Origin: a virus
Taxonomy: Duplodnaviria > Caudoviricetes
DNA length: 58,115 nt
Strand: one strand, 5' to 3'
IMG/VR virus record: IMGVR_UViG_3300025806_000029
Coordinates: 1 to 58,115 of that record
Numbering within the stretch: position 1 is the first letter of the stretch; each line of letters begins with the position of its first letter. A program made the position numbers and the translations under genes. Of the stretch, positions 43,452-53,318 are shown in pieces. Under the pieces are notes generated by a model, which saw nothing but the letters and a program-made list of their open reading frames with translations, did not search any database and was not told the DNA's origin.

Positions 43452-44357
43452 TTATGCGCCCGGCGTACCGAAAACGCAGCGCCAGTCGGAAACACCGAAG
43501 GAGTAACGCTCACGCGCTTTAAAGCGCATGTTACCCGTATCGAAGTCGCCTTCCATGGCGGTTTTGAGCGGCGAACGGTTAAAGAATTTAAACCCGTTCG
43601 GAGCATCCGTTTTAATGAAAAAAGCATCCGTATCAGTGAGGAAGTGGTTAACCACCGCACCTTCCGGAAGCATTCCCATGGAACGAACTGCGTTGGTGTC
43701 GTTATCAGCGGTCCCGCTACGCAGGTTACTGTTAATGACACGTTCCGCAATGAACTGAAGCTCTTTTGGAATAATGAGCTTCGTTCCGCGAACCGCAATC
43801 TTGAGACCACGCTCATCAGTCAGGCCAGCAACATCGATCAGCATCTGCTCCAACGAAGTCTCGTTGAGGTCCGAAGCTGTTGAAAGCTGGTTACGCTGAT
43901 TGCCCGAAATCGAAGGGTGCGCGGAAGAGCAAAGTGCTGCTCCGTCACCAACCGGGTTATCGGTTGAGAAGGCATTGTTAAGAATGCCCGCGGCCTTGAT
44001 CTGCTTGGTCTGAGCCATCGAACGAGCCAGAGCCTTTGTGTAACGGCTTGCAAGCCGGTCATAAAGGTTGTCTTCGATAGCCTCTTCCGTAATCGAAAAG
44101 GCCAGCGCAATCGTTTCGTGCGTGTAACGAGCAGTATACGTTTCCTGCGCGTCATCGAACGAAATTGCACCACCCTCGTTTTTCACGGGAGCAGTCGAGA
44201 AGCCGCCGAGCATCACTTCTTCTTCGAAGGCACGGTCCGAGGACTCTTCTTCAAAGATTTCCGAATGCTCGTTCTCATAGCGGTCGTATTCCAAGCCGAA
44301 GAGAGCATTAAGGCCGGGCTCAAGCTCTTTCGCCAGTTGGGCTCTAGAAATAGCCAT
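43452..44357 (-). CDS. Major capsid protein
   Basis: MAISRAQLAKELEPGLNALFG...FKARERYSFG.SDWR; position after scaffold; strong terminator follows. Confidence 0.9.
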   Translation of the reverse strand: MAISRAQLAKELEPGLNALFGLEYDRYENEHSEIFEEESSDRAFEEEVMLGGFSTAPVKNEGGAISFDDAQETYTARYTHETIALAFSITEEAIEDNLYDRLASRYTKALARSMAQTKQIKAAGILNNAFSTDNPVGDGAALCSSAHPSISGNQRNQLSTASDLNETSLEQMLIDVAGLTDERGLKIAVRGTKLIIPKELQFIAERVINSNLRSGTADNDTNAVRSMGMLPEGAVVNHFLTDTDAFFIKTDAPNGFKFFNRSPLKTAMEGDFDTGNMRFKARERYSFGVSDWRCVFGTPGA

Positions 44358-44370
44358 TTATCAGCCCTCC

Positions 44371-45021
44371 TTAAATGCCGGTGGAATCAGCAGTGGTTTG
44401 AGAATCAAACCTCCGTGACCCAGCGTTAAAGTGAGCGTTCAGGCGCACGATCAACGGAATACCTGCCGCCGCGAAATCACTGTTGGCTTCATCATCCATG
44501 ATGCCAACAATACGAAGCGGAAGGGTAGCCGTCGTAGCAATCGAAGCAACGCTGAGCGCACCATTAGCCCGTCCGGTTGAAGTTGAACCGGTTCGAGCCG
44601 AGGTTCCAAGAGAGGCGTTCGCAAAAACCGCGGCCAAAGCCGTGGCACGGTCTGTGAGAGTCGCGTCACTTGCAACCTTAAACAACTGGTTTGGGTTGTC
44701 GGCAACGAGAGCCTTGACAGGTACAGTCGTGTCAACGCTAACAGAGCCGGAACCGGGCCAGTAGTTAAGGAAGGTAGTTTTCTTCGTCACCGAGTCTACG
44801 TACTCAACACCCATCAGAACGCCAAGCGCCTGAGTAGTACCACCACTGGTGGCACCAGCTTGGTCAATCACGCCAGCAGCGAGAGGGACACAAATGGAGC
44901 CATTAAAAATGGCATTGGTGTTATTTGACGCAATTTCATAGGTCGTAAGACCCGTAGAGTTTGCGCCGGAGCCGACTAGACCGATAGGGCGAAGACCGTA
45001 GGCAGTTTCCTGATTTGCCAT
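44371..45021 (-). CDS. Minor capsid/cement-like protein
   Basis: MAN....YGLRP; directly upstream of MCP. Confidence 0.65.
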   Translation of the reverse strand: MANQETAYGLRPIGLVGSGANSTGLTTYEIASNNTNAIFNGSICVPLAAGVIDQAGATSGGTTQALGVLMGVEYVDSVTKKTTFLNYWPGSGSVSVDTTVPVKALVADNPNQLFKVASDATLTDRATALAAVFANASLGTSARTGSTSTGRANGALSVASIATTATLPLRIVGIMDDEANSDFAAAGIPLIVRLNAHFNAGSRRFDSQTTADSTGI

Positions 45022-45046
45022 TTTAGGTTTCTCCTAAAGGAGGTGG

Positions 45047-45535
45047 TCAATCTTTCTTTGAGCCACCAAAGGTTACACGAGATTGACGATCAGGTTGGTT
45101 GATCGTCATCGTTGAATGTGCATTCTCGCGCATCATATCGTGGTCAACCGCTTGCATCTGGTCTGAGTTCCTTTGACGGAAATAGGCAGTCCGTTCTGCA
45201 ACGGTTTCTTCCGGTATACGAGCAAGAAGCAATCCTCCAACGCCAAAAACGCCTTCGTATTTACCCGTGTCAATAGTCGGTGCTTCAAAATCGGGATAAT
45301 CGTCCTGTCGAACAAGTTCCCAACCTTCGCGAAGTTTCGCGCTGATGTTCTTGCGGTCGTCAAAACCACGAGTTTCAGCCCTAATCCAACGATGCTTGAA
45401 GCCATCCGGTGCGGGTGGCGCGTCTAACATTGAGGGTGGAGCCCACGGCTTACGCCTAGCCTGAGAACTCCGGTCTTTGTTTGCGCGGGAAGTGCGGTTA
45501 ACCGAAGTACCTTTTTCAATCTGTTCTTCGCTCAT
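45047..45535 (-). CDS. Conserved head-module protein
   Basis: W.PP..L.APP..DGFKHRWIR...REGWELV...GGLLLARIP. Confidence 0.7.
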   Translation of the reverse strand: MSEEQIEKGTSVNRTSRANKDRSSQARRKPWAPPSMLDAPPAPDGFKHRWIRAETRGFDDRKNISAKLREGWELVRQDDYPDFEAPTIDTGKYEGVFGVGGLLLARIPEETVAERTAYFRQRNSDQMQAVDHDMMRENAHSTMTINQPDRQSRVTFGGSKKD

Positions 45536-45539
45536 GTCC

Positions 45540-46421
45540 TTACTCCTTCACGTATTTCGCGTATTCTTCTAGCGGCACACCCAATTTTTTAGCCATTGTG
45601 ACTTGGGTAGGGGTGAGAGTTACCCTTCTCTTGCTGCGCCCAGACGCGGATCTGTTAACAGAAGCAACCGTCTGAGCGGGTCGTTTACTTCTGGCTCCGT
45701 TATTAAACTTATGGGGAAAAGCTTCCGCCATGCGTTTGTCAAGCTCACTATAGTAATCATCGCCCGCGGGGTCAAACCCTTCATCTTCGATGAGTTGCTT
45801 GTGTATTCCGAAAGCGGCGTACGTCATTGTCTCGTCAGAGCCAAACCATTCGCGGTCCGCGGCCCACGCTTCTGCTTTAGGGTCAGGCCGACGCTGGGCC
45901 TGCTGCGGTTGGGCTTGCTGACGTTGAGCTTGCTGAGCCTCCATCGCGGCTCTTTGGGATTCTGCGTTGCGTTGCGCCTGTGCCGCCCGGTCCGCTTGAA
46001 TTGCCAGCCCTGTTATTTTGCGCTGAGACTCTACGATCTGGGCGCTGTCTCCAATCTCAATAGCGTTCTTCAGGTCGTTTTCTGCGGACTGAAGCTCACT
46101 TTGAACGCGACCACTGAACTCGTTTACATAACCGCTGTCTAAAGCATCTACGCGCTGTTTCAGTGTCTGTGCTTCCGTCTGAACTTGCGTTGCGTAGCGG
46201 ATCGCTTCCTCACGATCACGCTCCGCTTGACGCATTTTCTTCGTAAGCTGGTTAATCCTTTTTTGGGTAGAGTTCTCGGCCTTGTCGAACTGGTCCGCAG
46301 ACTCTTCGACCTCTGCCTCCGAGGCACCGACCGACACTCCGGAGTCGGCGGTCTCTTCGACCTCTACCGTAAATTCTTCGTTTTCAGTCTCTTCGACCAT
46401 ATCAAGTTGCTCATCTGCCAT
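45540..46421 (-). CDS. Capsid scaffolding protein
   Basis: Acidic coiled coil; QKRINQLT; C-terminal AKKLGVPLEEYAK. Confidence 0.75.
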   Translation of the reverse strand: MADEQLDMVEETENEEFTVEVEETADSGVSVGASEAEVEESADQFDKAENSTQKRINQLTKKMRQAERDREEAIRYATQVQTEAQTLKQRVDALDSGYVNEFSGRVQSELQSAENDLKNAIEIGDSAQIVESQRKITGLAIQADRAAQAQRNAESQRAAMEAQQAQRQQAQPQQAQRRPDPKAEAWAADREWFGSDETMTYAAFGIHKQLIEDEGFDPAGDDYYSELDKRMAEAFPHKFNNGARSKRPAQTVASVNRSASGRSKRRVTLTPTQVTMAKKLGVPLEEYAKYVKE

Positions 46422-46430
46422 AACGGCCTC

Positions 46431-46883
46431 CTACATATGTAAAACGTCTTCGGGATCAGAAATCGTGGCTAAGACCTCGTCATCATTTAAGATGCGAACC
46501 TCTCCACCGTCGATCTTGAACCGAGAACCAGCGTACCGGGCGAACATCACCCAATCTTTTTCCTCGCACCACGGACCGTCGAACTTATCCGGATCTTGGT
46601 AGGCCAAGGGCCCTACCTTTAGAACATATCCAACTTGAGTGGCTATCTGGTTCTCTTCTACAACCTGATCCGGAAGTAAAATCCCACCCTCTGTTTTCCC
46701 CTTCCCCCTGTAAGGAAGAACAATAAGACGCCACCCTGTTGGGGCTGGAATGCGGTCTAAGAGAGACTGAGAGATAAGTTCGGGATCTAGTACACGGTCT
46801 TCTGGTTTTACATATGCCGCGGCTATCTTCGCGGCCTCCTCGCCAACCGATTTAAGGTCAGCGACTGCTGGGCTAGTCATCAT
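46431..46883 (-). CDS. groES: Co-chaperonin GroES-like
   Basis: PTGWRLIV...KTEGGILLP...VLKVGP...FARYAGS...ILNDDEVLA. Confidence 0.9.
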   Translation of the reverse strand: MMTSPAVADLKSVGEEAAKIAAAYVKPEDRVLDPELISQSLLDRIPAPTGWRLIVLPYRGKGKTEGGILLPDQVVEENQIATQVGYVLKVGPLAYQDPDKFDGPWCEEKDWVMFARYAGSRFKIDGGEVRILNDDEVLATISDPEDVLHM

Positions 46884-47070
46884 TTCGCTCCTGTTTTTCT
46901 AGCAGGCTCTTGAGTTCCTGTTCAATAAACTCAAGGGCACTTAATTCGCCCATGAGTTCGCGGTAATGCTCCATGTTTTTCACGCTGTTAAACTGCAACG
47001 CGTCCAAGACAACAGAGCGTCTTTCTTTTATCAAACGAAAGGTTGCCTCCGCAAGATAAATCTCATTCAT
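46873..47070 (-). CDS. Conserved hypothetical protein
   Basis: VKNMEHYRELMG; typical small gene between portal and GroES. Confidence 0.65.
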   Translation of the reverse strand: MNEIYLAEATFRLIKERRSVVLDALQFNSVKNMEHYRELMGELSALEFIEQELKSLLEKQERNDD

Positions 47071-47078
47071 TCTTATAA

Positions 47079-47567
47079 TTATCCGTTTTTAGAGGAGACG
47101 CGAGCGTGAGCCTTGCTCATCGCCCTGTTACCGAACCAAAAAGCTATAATCGCGCTAAATATGGCCTGAGTCTCTTCGTCCCAGATTGCCAACATTCCGG
47201 CGCTCAAGTCCATGCCTTCCGTGGTTACCATCGTGTACAGCGTGACGCCCTTGATCGTCGCGAAAAGCGTAAAGAAGGCGTAAGTAAGGACAGGGCGCAC
47301 AGACCCCCGAAGAGCGTTGACAAACCCTCCCGCATCAATAGCTCTATCATGCGCGTAAAGTCCTTTCGTCTCTTCTATTTCTGCTTGAGCGTCTAGCTCT
47401 TTGACCTTGAGTTCCGAAAGCTGAGACGCGTACGTAGCTTTCGCTTCCAGCATCGCTAGCTCTTGCTTGTTTGCCTGCTGTTGCTTGAAGTAGCCTAAGA
47501 CCTCTGGAACGATAGACGTTCCAAAACCTAGCAGTGTTCCAAGTAAGCTTATCATTCTTGTCTCCAA
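47079..47567 (-). CDS. Holin-like membrane protein (3TM type)
   Basis: N-terminal hydrophobic segment; RGSVRPVLTY; IIAFWFGNR. Confidence 0.7.
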   Translation of the reverse strand: METRMISLLGTLLGFGTSIVPEVLGYFKQQQANKQELAMLEAKATYASQLSELKVKELDAQAEIEETKGLYAHDRAIDAGGFVNALRGSVRPVLTYAFFTLFATIKGVTLYTMVTTEGMDLSAGMLAIWDEETQAIFSAIIAFWFGNRAMSKAHARVSSKNG

Positions 47568-47603
47568 AAGATGCGAGGTTATACGACATATTAACCAGTA
47601 AAG

Positions 47604-47936
47604 CTAGTCTTCTAGAGGAGGAACAAAATGGATCTCTCCAGCCTCTTGATCGACGTAGGCCGTTCGAACACTCATGTCTTTTTGTAACTGGCTTTTTTTT
47701 CGGTGTATCCGGGCAGGCTTTTTTCGGCCCGGGTTTACTCTTTTTGCTTCTTTTTTTGCGTCAAAAAGAAACGCCTTTCCCATGTCGTCTAGGGCAACAA
47801 CATCTACCGGGGAATGCGGCGAGACAGGTGTGAAGACGTGAAAACCTTTCTCTACAAGAAACTGCATGAGGTATAGCTCACAAGACGTTCCGTCTATGTG
47901 GCTATTTCGCCATCCTTTCTTCAAAGGAGGCTTCAA
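47604..47936 (-). CDS. PD-(D/E)XK endonuclease-like protein
   Basis: G..CE...GFHVF.P...PVDVVA...FDAK. Confidence 0.65.
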   Translation of the reverse strand: MKPPLKKGWRNSHIDGTSCELYLMQFLVEKGFHVFTPVSPHSPVDVVALDDMGKAFLFDAKKEAKRVNPGRKKPARIHRKKSQLQKDMSVRTAYVDQEAGEIHFVPPLED

Positions 47937-47939
47937 GGG

Positions 47940-48230
47940 TTATTTCTTTTTAGACATGAACGCTGCTGCGCCAAAATATGCGCTAACAACCCCCGCCATC
48001 CCTATGTAGAAAAGGCTAAAAAGGTCCGCCAAGGCTTTTATCCTTGAGTCTGGAAAGACGGGGAGAAAAACAAGGGCGGTAAAAACAAGCATGGAGATAA
48101 GGGCGATCCACGCCATCTGTCGTTGCGAGTCCTGCTTATCTATTTTGCTTGCAGCGGTTGCCGACGCAACCTCCTGCTCCGACAAGACTCCATCGCCGTC
48201 CGTGTCGATCTTGCGCTTGGCGGGGGCCAT
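47940..48230 (-). CDS. Two-TM membrane protein with EF-hand-like loop
   Basis: DTDGDGVLSEQE followed by two TM helices. Confidence 0.65.
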   Translation of the reverse strand: MAPAKRKIDTDGDGVLSEQEVASATAASKIDKQDSQRQMAWIALISMLVFTALVFLPVFPDSRIKALADLFSLFYIGMAGVVSAYFGAAAFMSKKK

Positions 48231-48421
48231 TAGCAGGACAGGTAGCTGCCGCCACGTTTAGCGGCACCCATGCCGCGGGCCGTGGCTTTTTTCATGGAAG
48301 TCGGGACTTTAACGTCCTGACTTTTACCGTACGGAATACGACCCTGACCTTTAATGTCGGCGTACTCTACGGCTTTCGGGGCCGCCCCCGGCTTGTTCGT
48401 TACAATCTTTACGGCAGCCAT
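48230..48421 (-). CDS. Small basic protein
   Basis: C-terminal ARGMGAAKRGG. Confidence 0.65.
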   Translation of the reverse strand: MAAVKIVTNKPGAAPKAVEYADIKGQGRIPYGKSQDVKVPTSMKKATARGMGAAKRGGSYLSC

Positions 48422-48423
48422 TA

Positions 48424-50877
48424 CTATCTCCTGTTATTACGTTGTTTAACAATTTCACGTTCCATAGCGGAATTTATACGAGCCGCAGTCTGCGACTCTT
48501 GGCTCTGAAGCCTTTGGTTAAACTGCTGGTTCCGCATCTCCATACCCGCCTGATCTAGGTCCAACTTGGCTTTGTCGATAGCCGCGTCGTTCTCTTCAGA
48601 CTGCGCCCGTATTTTAAGCTCCTGTTCTTTAAGCTGAACAAGCGGATCAGGGCCCTGACCCTCGTTAGAGACTTGCTGGCTAAGCTGCTTGAGCGCCTGC
48701 ATACCCTGCGCGATGATCTGAGCAGTTAGCGCCTCGACCTGTAGCATCTGCTCCTCCGACAAAGGCTGCCCCTGCTGGGCATTAACCTGTTGCAGGTATT
48801 GCACCATGGCCTGCTCAGATGCTTCAATCTTCACATGTTCCATGATGTGCTTTTGAAGAGTGACCGCAATAGTAGGGGCGGACGCGATCATGGGCGTCGA
48901 ACCAAATACCATGTGCGCCATGATGTGCGCTTGGTGGTCCTGACCCTCAAAAGCTTTCAGCGGCATCATGTCCAACGAGTTAATGTTTTCCTGCGCCGGG
49001 TCTATCGGCTTCTGCTCGTCTTCGGGAATACGTCGGAGAATCTTGTCCGTGTCCTTGACGCCCAAAGCGTCGTACATGTCCCGAAGAACCTCGTACATGT
49101 TGTGCATCTCGGGAGCGGCTTGAGCAAGCTGAAGCTTAGTCTGAGCCAGCGCGATACGCTGCGCCTGACTAAACACGTTCGGGTCTGAGACCGGAAGAAC
49201 GTCTACGCGCTCGTCAAAGTCCGCAGCCATAATGTTTACGTCTTCGCCCTCCACAGCATAGGGATAGCGCTGCGGTAAGTAATCCGACATGACACGAGCC
49301 AGTATCCTGAACTCCTGCCGCATGGCGTAGTGCAGCCTCTTATGGACTGCCGACATAACGCGAGAGCCTTGCTCCAGAAGCGCGATTGTCGTTCCAACGG
49401 CAGCCTGCTGGTTGCCGTCGCCAACCTTCATGTCTGTGGTGGTGGCGAACCGACGGCCCGCGTCAACGACAAACCCAAGAAGCTGGAACAAAGTTGTGTC
49501 CGGACCCTTAAAGGGTAGCGGCATAAGGCTGTCAGAAAGTCGGCCACCGGGCGCATCAACGTCACGAAACTCACCGGGCTGTAGTGGTTCGTCATCGTCC
49601 CTGATCCTCATACCGCGGGCCTTGAACCCAGCAGGGAGATTAGAGAGAGTGCCCGCATCGATAAGCTGGCGGAGCGCCGCGGTGGCCGTTCTTGACAGGC
49701 CACCTATGGTATGGATTAAACCAAGACCGTAGAAGCCAAATCCGGGAAGAAACTTGTAGTGAACGAAGTATTGTATCTTTTGACGGAGTTCGTCGTCCTC
49801 ACGGTAATTGCGTCGGATGGAGAGAATCTGACCGTTGTCTATGGAAATCGTGACGACATAGGGAACTTTAATTCCCGTGGCATCTCCATCTTCGTCAAGA
49901 TCCTCATAGCCTTCTAAATCAAGGTCAACGTGGCACTCTAACAAAGTGCAGTCGTAATCGTTGTTCGAGGGAGAAACCCCGTCAATGCGGTCTATCTCAT
50001 TCTGTACGCTGTTGTCTTCGGATTGTCCCGGTATCACGGGTATGTCTCGGTAGAACCCCGCGACCTGTAATTTACGAAGGTCGTTGAGCGAAGTCTTCAC
50101 AACCTGACTTATGTTCGGGCAGGTTTGCAGGTCTGAAGTGTCGTACGGAACAACAAGGTTTTCCGCAGGCACAAAACGACTTACCGCACGGCCCTGCATC
50201 TCGTCATAGTACACCTTCTTAAAGGTGGAGCCCGCCAGCGGCAGGTAGAACAGCATCTGATCCAGTTCCGGCGTGTACTCTTCCATCACGTTCGTGATGT
50301 AGTAATTCATAAACTGTTCGACTCGATGCGCCTGACGGGTCGTCTCCCCCGTCTCTCTGCCTATAACCGCGGACCGGACCGGACCGCGAGCCGGGAGAAG
50401 CTCGTTAAAAGCCTGCGCCTGAAACTGTGTAGCCGCCTCCGCCAAAAGCGGGTGCGTAACCCCGGTCGCGCCGCGAAACGGTTGCGTTCTTTCTTCGTAT
50501 GAAAATCCCAGAAGCTCCAAACCGTCAGCATAAGCATCTTCCCACTCCTGCCTGCTCGCTCGATTCCCCTCGTACTCGTCCAGTAACGACCCCGACAACG
50601 AACCTAGCTCCGAGTCGGACATGCCCTCAGCAAGGTTGCCGTAGAAATCGCCCACGTCCATCTCATCGTCTTGCGGGTCAAAATCTACAACAGTGTTTTC
50701 GCCCTCTTCGTAGATTTCAATGTCTTCGGGTATCTCTTCCGAAACCATTTCCATTACGTCGTTGTCCATCGAACCCGGAAGCTCGACTTCAATCTCAGCG
50801 GCGAGATCTTCTTCGTCTAATTGCGACGGGACACTGCTGTCCATAAGACCGGCCACGGGCCGCGGTTCTCTTGCCAT
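48424..50877 (-). CDS. Portal protein
   Basis: 817 aa; HPLLAEA..QFQAQA..EL; LPLAGSTFKKVYYD; GFYGLGL; DAGTLSNLP. Confidence 0.88.
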   Translation of the reverse strand: MAREPRPVAGLMDSSVPSQLDEEDLAAEIEVELPGSMDNDVMEMVSEEIPEDIEIYEEGENTVVDFDPQDDEMDVGDFYGNLAEGMSDSELGSLSGSLLDEYEGNRASRQEWEDAYADGLELLGFSYEERTQPFRGATGVTHPLLAEAATQFQAQAFNELLPARGPVRSAVIGRETGETTRQAHRVEQFMNYYITNVMEEYTPELDQMLFYLPLAGSTFKKVYYDEMQGRAVSRFVPAENLVVPYDTSDLQTCPNISQVVKTSLNDLRKLQVAGFYRDIPVIPGQSEDNSVQNEIDRIDGVSPSNNDYDCTLLECHVDLDLEGYEDLDEDGDATGIKVPYVVTISIDNGQILSIRRNYREDDELRQKIQYFVHYKFLPGFGFYGLGLIHTIGGLSRTATAALRQLIDAGTLSNLPAGFKARGMRIRDDDEPLQPGEFRDVDAPGGRLSDSLMPLPFKGPDTTLFQLLGFVVDAGRRFATTTDMKVGDGNQQAAVGTTIALLEQGSRVMSAVHKRLHYAMRQEFRILARVMSDYLPQRYPYAVEGEDVNIMAADFDERVDVLPVSDPNVFSQAQRIALAQTKLQLAQAAPEMHNMYEVLRDMYDALGVKDTDKILRRIPEDEQKPIDPAQENINSLDMMPLKAFEGQDHQAHIMAHMVFGSTPMIASAPTIAVTLQKHIMEHVKIEASEQAMVQYLQQVNAQQGQPLSEEQMLQVEALTAQIIAQGMQALKQLSQQVSNEGQGPDPLVQLKEQELKIRAQSEENDAAIDKAKLDLDQAGMEMRNQQFNQRLQSQESQTAARINSAMEREIVKQRNNRR

Positions 50878-50947
50878 GGATCACGTACCTTCTATAATTT
50901 CTTAATATTAGACGTGTTTTAGTAAAATAACACCCTTTTTCACGGCC

Positions 50948-51493
50948 CTACTTTTTCAGGAGCGGGTTGTCAAGCGCCCTTTGCAGTGTTTTCTGCATTC
51001 GGGACTCCAGCACATCCAGCTTCGTGTCGATAGAACTTATCTTACTGTCAAACCTTTCCTGCGCCGAAGATATTATATCACGAATTGTCTTTTCCGACTG
51101 ACGAAGAGCTTTTCGGGTTTCTTGATCCAAAGATCTGGATCGCTTGTCTACATCGGACATGCTCGTGTGCAGGTCAGAAGCCTCGGACCGCGTGTCAACC
51201 TTAATATCTCTCACGATCTCGTGCATCTCGTTCACACGCTCCTTTAATCCGCCCATTTCGTCCCGGAAAAGCGTAATCTCGTCATTGATCTTTGTCTCAA
51301 TGACCAGCAGTCGCCTGTCAAAACCCGTCATGTCCGGAGATTTGTACTTTTGTATCTGAGACTTCATGTTCTCGTAGTCTTTGTAGACTTCAAAAGCACC
51401 GTACAGTCCGCCGATTAGCGTCGAAAAGCCAAGAGCCGCAGCTACCATGCGTCCGCCGCGGAACTTCAGCCCTGCAAATTCTATTTCTGCCAT
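50948..51493 (-). CDS. TM-anchored coiled-coil protein
   Basis: N-terminal TM helix, long heptad region, C-terminal ALDNPL. Confidence 0.7.
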   Translation of the reverse strand: MAEIEFAGLKFRGGRMVAAALGFSTLIGGLYGAFEVYKDYENMKSQIQKYKSPDMTGFDRRLLVIETKINDEITLFRDEMGGLKERVNEMHEIVRDIKVDTRSEASDLHTSMSDVDKRSRSLDQETRKALRQSEKTIRDIISSAQERFDSKISSIDTKLDVLESRMQKTLQRALDNPLLKK

Positions 51494-52782
51494 TACTTAC
51501 TCCATTGAAGCTGAACAAAAGCCTCGTGGGCTCCGTTTGCATTGCCAAAAACAACATAGTCTTGGACCGGGTTGGACATCGGGGGCCCGTCCGGAACCGC
51601 CGCACCTGTAAAAAACCCTTGAACGTCCGGAATCTCTGTTCCGGTCACAAGCTTCGGTGAAATCATCCCCATCGCGACGATGGTCGTTGTCTGCGACGCG
51701 GCAGAATACCTCTGAGACGGAGCTATCTTGGCTACCGTCTTCTCGGCGGCCTCTTTGCGCTTCTCTTGCTGCCTCTCCGGCGCGGGCTGTTCCTGTTCCT
51801 GCGGCTCTGGTTCGGCTTCCGGCTCGGGCTGGGCCTCGGGCTCCTGCTCCTGCGGCTCGGGCTCGACTGCTTCGGGTTGTTCTTGCGGCTGTTCTTCCTG
51901 TTCTTCCGGCTCTGGCTCCTGCGGTTCTGGCTCGGCTTCCGGCTCTGGCTCCATCTCAGCCTCTATCCGCGCCTCTGCCATCTGTTCCTCCTGCCGTTCC
52001 GGCTCTGGTGCAGAATCGACCGGCGCAATTTCGACGGGTTCGATGGCTTCCACCACAGGCTCGGCGGCAGGAGGTCCGAGGTCCGCGACAACCGGGGCGG
52101 GTGCCGCGTTTACTTCGACCTGCGGAATGCTGCCTACGATTTCCGGCGGAGGTTCCGCGGCCAACGTATCGTTGAACGCTATCTGATCCAGTATCTGCTG
52201 CTCGACCACCGCCTGAAACAGGAGGCTCACGCTCGGATCAGAAAACTTGGGACCGAACGCGCCGCTGTGAAAGCCAGCGTCGATTCCAAAAAGTTCCAAC
52301 TGACCGGTCAGTGACGTGTAGTCATTCTCCAGTATCTGGTCAGAAAACGTAAACTCCCGCGTTCCGCTAAAGTCCAGTTCGACCTGATGCTCAAACTTCT
52401 CAACAACGCTTGCCGCCTCCAGAAAAACCAGCGTGGCACGAAAGATGTCGCGGCAGTCGCTGCCCTGAGTAAGGCTGGTGCAAGTAGACAGTACCGCGTT
52501 TGACGGGTGAGATGTCACGTCAATCGACGTGTTCGCCGTAAACCCCGCCTGTATCTCTGCTTCGGTCAGCGGCACATCAAAGTTACTCGTATACGTAGTC
52601 CCACCGTTCGACGCATTGCCGGTGCAAAACTCGCCAGCGCTACACCCCCGTTGACTAGAGGTAGCCGTCCCGCCCGTCACCGTAAACTCGGACATCGCCG
52701 GAGCCAAGTTGTCCGTCGTTTCCTGACAAAAAGCTGGAGAAGACAACGCACCAAGGGCAAGAAGGGTTGCAAGCCAGCGCAT
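51493..52782 (-). CDS. Secreted protein with Glu/Pro/Gln-rich linker
   Basis: Signal peptide; Cys-containing beta domain; (EPE/QE)n tract. Confidence 0.7.
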   Translation of the reverse strand: MRWLATLLALGALSSPAFCQETTDNLAPAMSEFTVTGGTATSSQRGCSAGEFCTGNASNGGTTYTSNFDVPLTEAEIQAGFTANTSIDVTSHPSNAVLSTCTSLTQGSDCRDIFRATLVFLEAASVVEKFEHQVELDFSGTREFTFSDQILENDYTSLTGQLELFGIDAGFHSGAFGPKFSDPSVSLLFQAVVEQQILDQIAFNDTLAAEPPPEIVGSIPQVEVNAAPAPVVADLGPPAAEPVVEAIEPVEIAPVDSAPEPERQEEQMAEARIEAEMEPEPEAEPEPQEPEPEEQEEQPQEQPEAVEPEPQEQEPEAQPEPEAEPEPQEQEQPAPERQQEKRKEAAEKTVAKIAPSQRYSAASQTTTIVAMGMISPKLVTGTEIPDVQGFFTGAAVPDGPPMSNPVQDYVVFGNANGAHEAFVQLQWSK

Positions 52783-53318
52783 CAGTCCGCGTATTCTATA
52801 AAGTCGTCGTTCTCTTCGACAACGGGTGCGGTCTTCTTAACCGACAGGGCCGCAGCCTGCTTTGCCGCGACACGGATCAGGGAGCCCTCCGGGGACTGGT
52901 CAGGGTTCGCGAGCCACGATTCCTTGGCCGCGTCGCCGATCTTGCCCATATACGGACACGGAGTCCCGGCCATCCACAAACCGTCAAACACCCGCACCTC
53001 CTGACACAAAATAGAGATGCCCGCCACCTTCAGCCCCATGCCAAAAACGCTACGCGCAAGCTTGATGCGCTCGCAGTTCAGGTCGCGGACCGTGGTGCCT
53101 CCTGAAAGCCCCAAAAAACCCGTCTGAACGGCAGCGCTCTGTCCCGTCTGGCACACGTCCGAATTGTTCACAACAATAGAAGGGCTCGACGCAGTCGGCG
53201 GCGTCTTGTCAATAACGGTGGAGCTACTGACCGTGGCACTCGTTACAGTGTCCGCGGCCCACGAAGCAGGAGAAAAAACAACCAGCAGCGCAGTCAGAAT
53301 AAGTCCGCGCCTAAACAT
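52782..53318 (-). CDS. Secreted Cys-containing protein
   Basis: Signal peptide ending SWA; PPTA.SP...C...D.NCERIK...C...AGTPCP. Confidence 0.75.
   Translation of the reverse strand: MFRRGLILTALLVVFSPASWAADTVTSATVSSSTVIDKTPPTASSPSIVVNNSDVCQTGQSAAVQTGFLGLSGGTTVRDLNCERIKLARSVFGMGLKVAGISILCQEVRVFDGLWMAGTPCPYMGKIGDAAKESWLANPDQSPEGSLIRVAAKQAAALSVKKTAPVVEENDDFIEYAD

Noticed and set aside
51770-51960. Low-complexity repeat as a separate element
   Set aside because: It encodes the Glu/Pro/Gln linker of the 51493-52782 protein.
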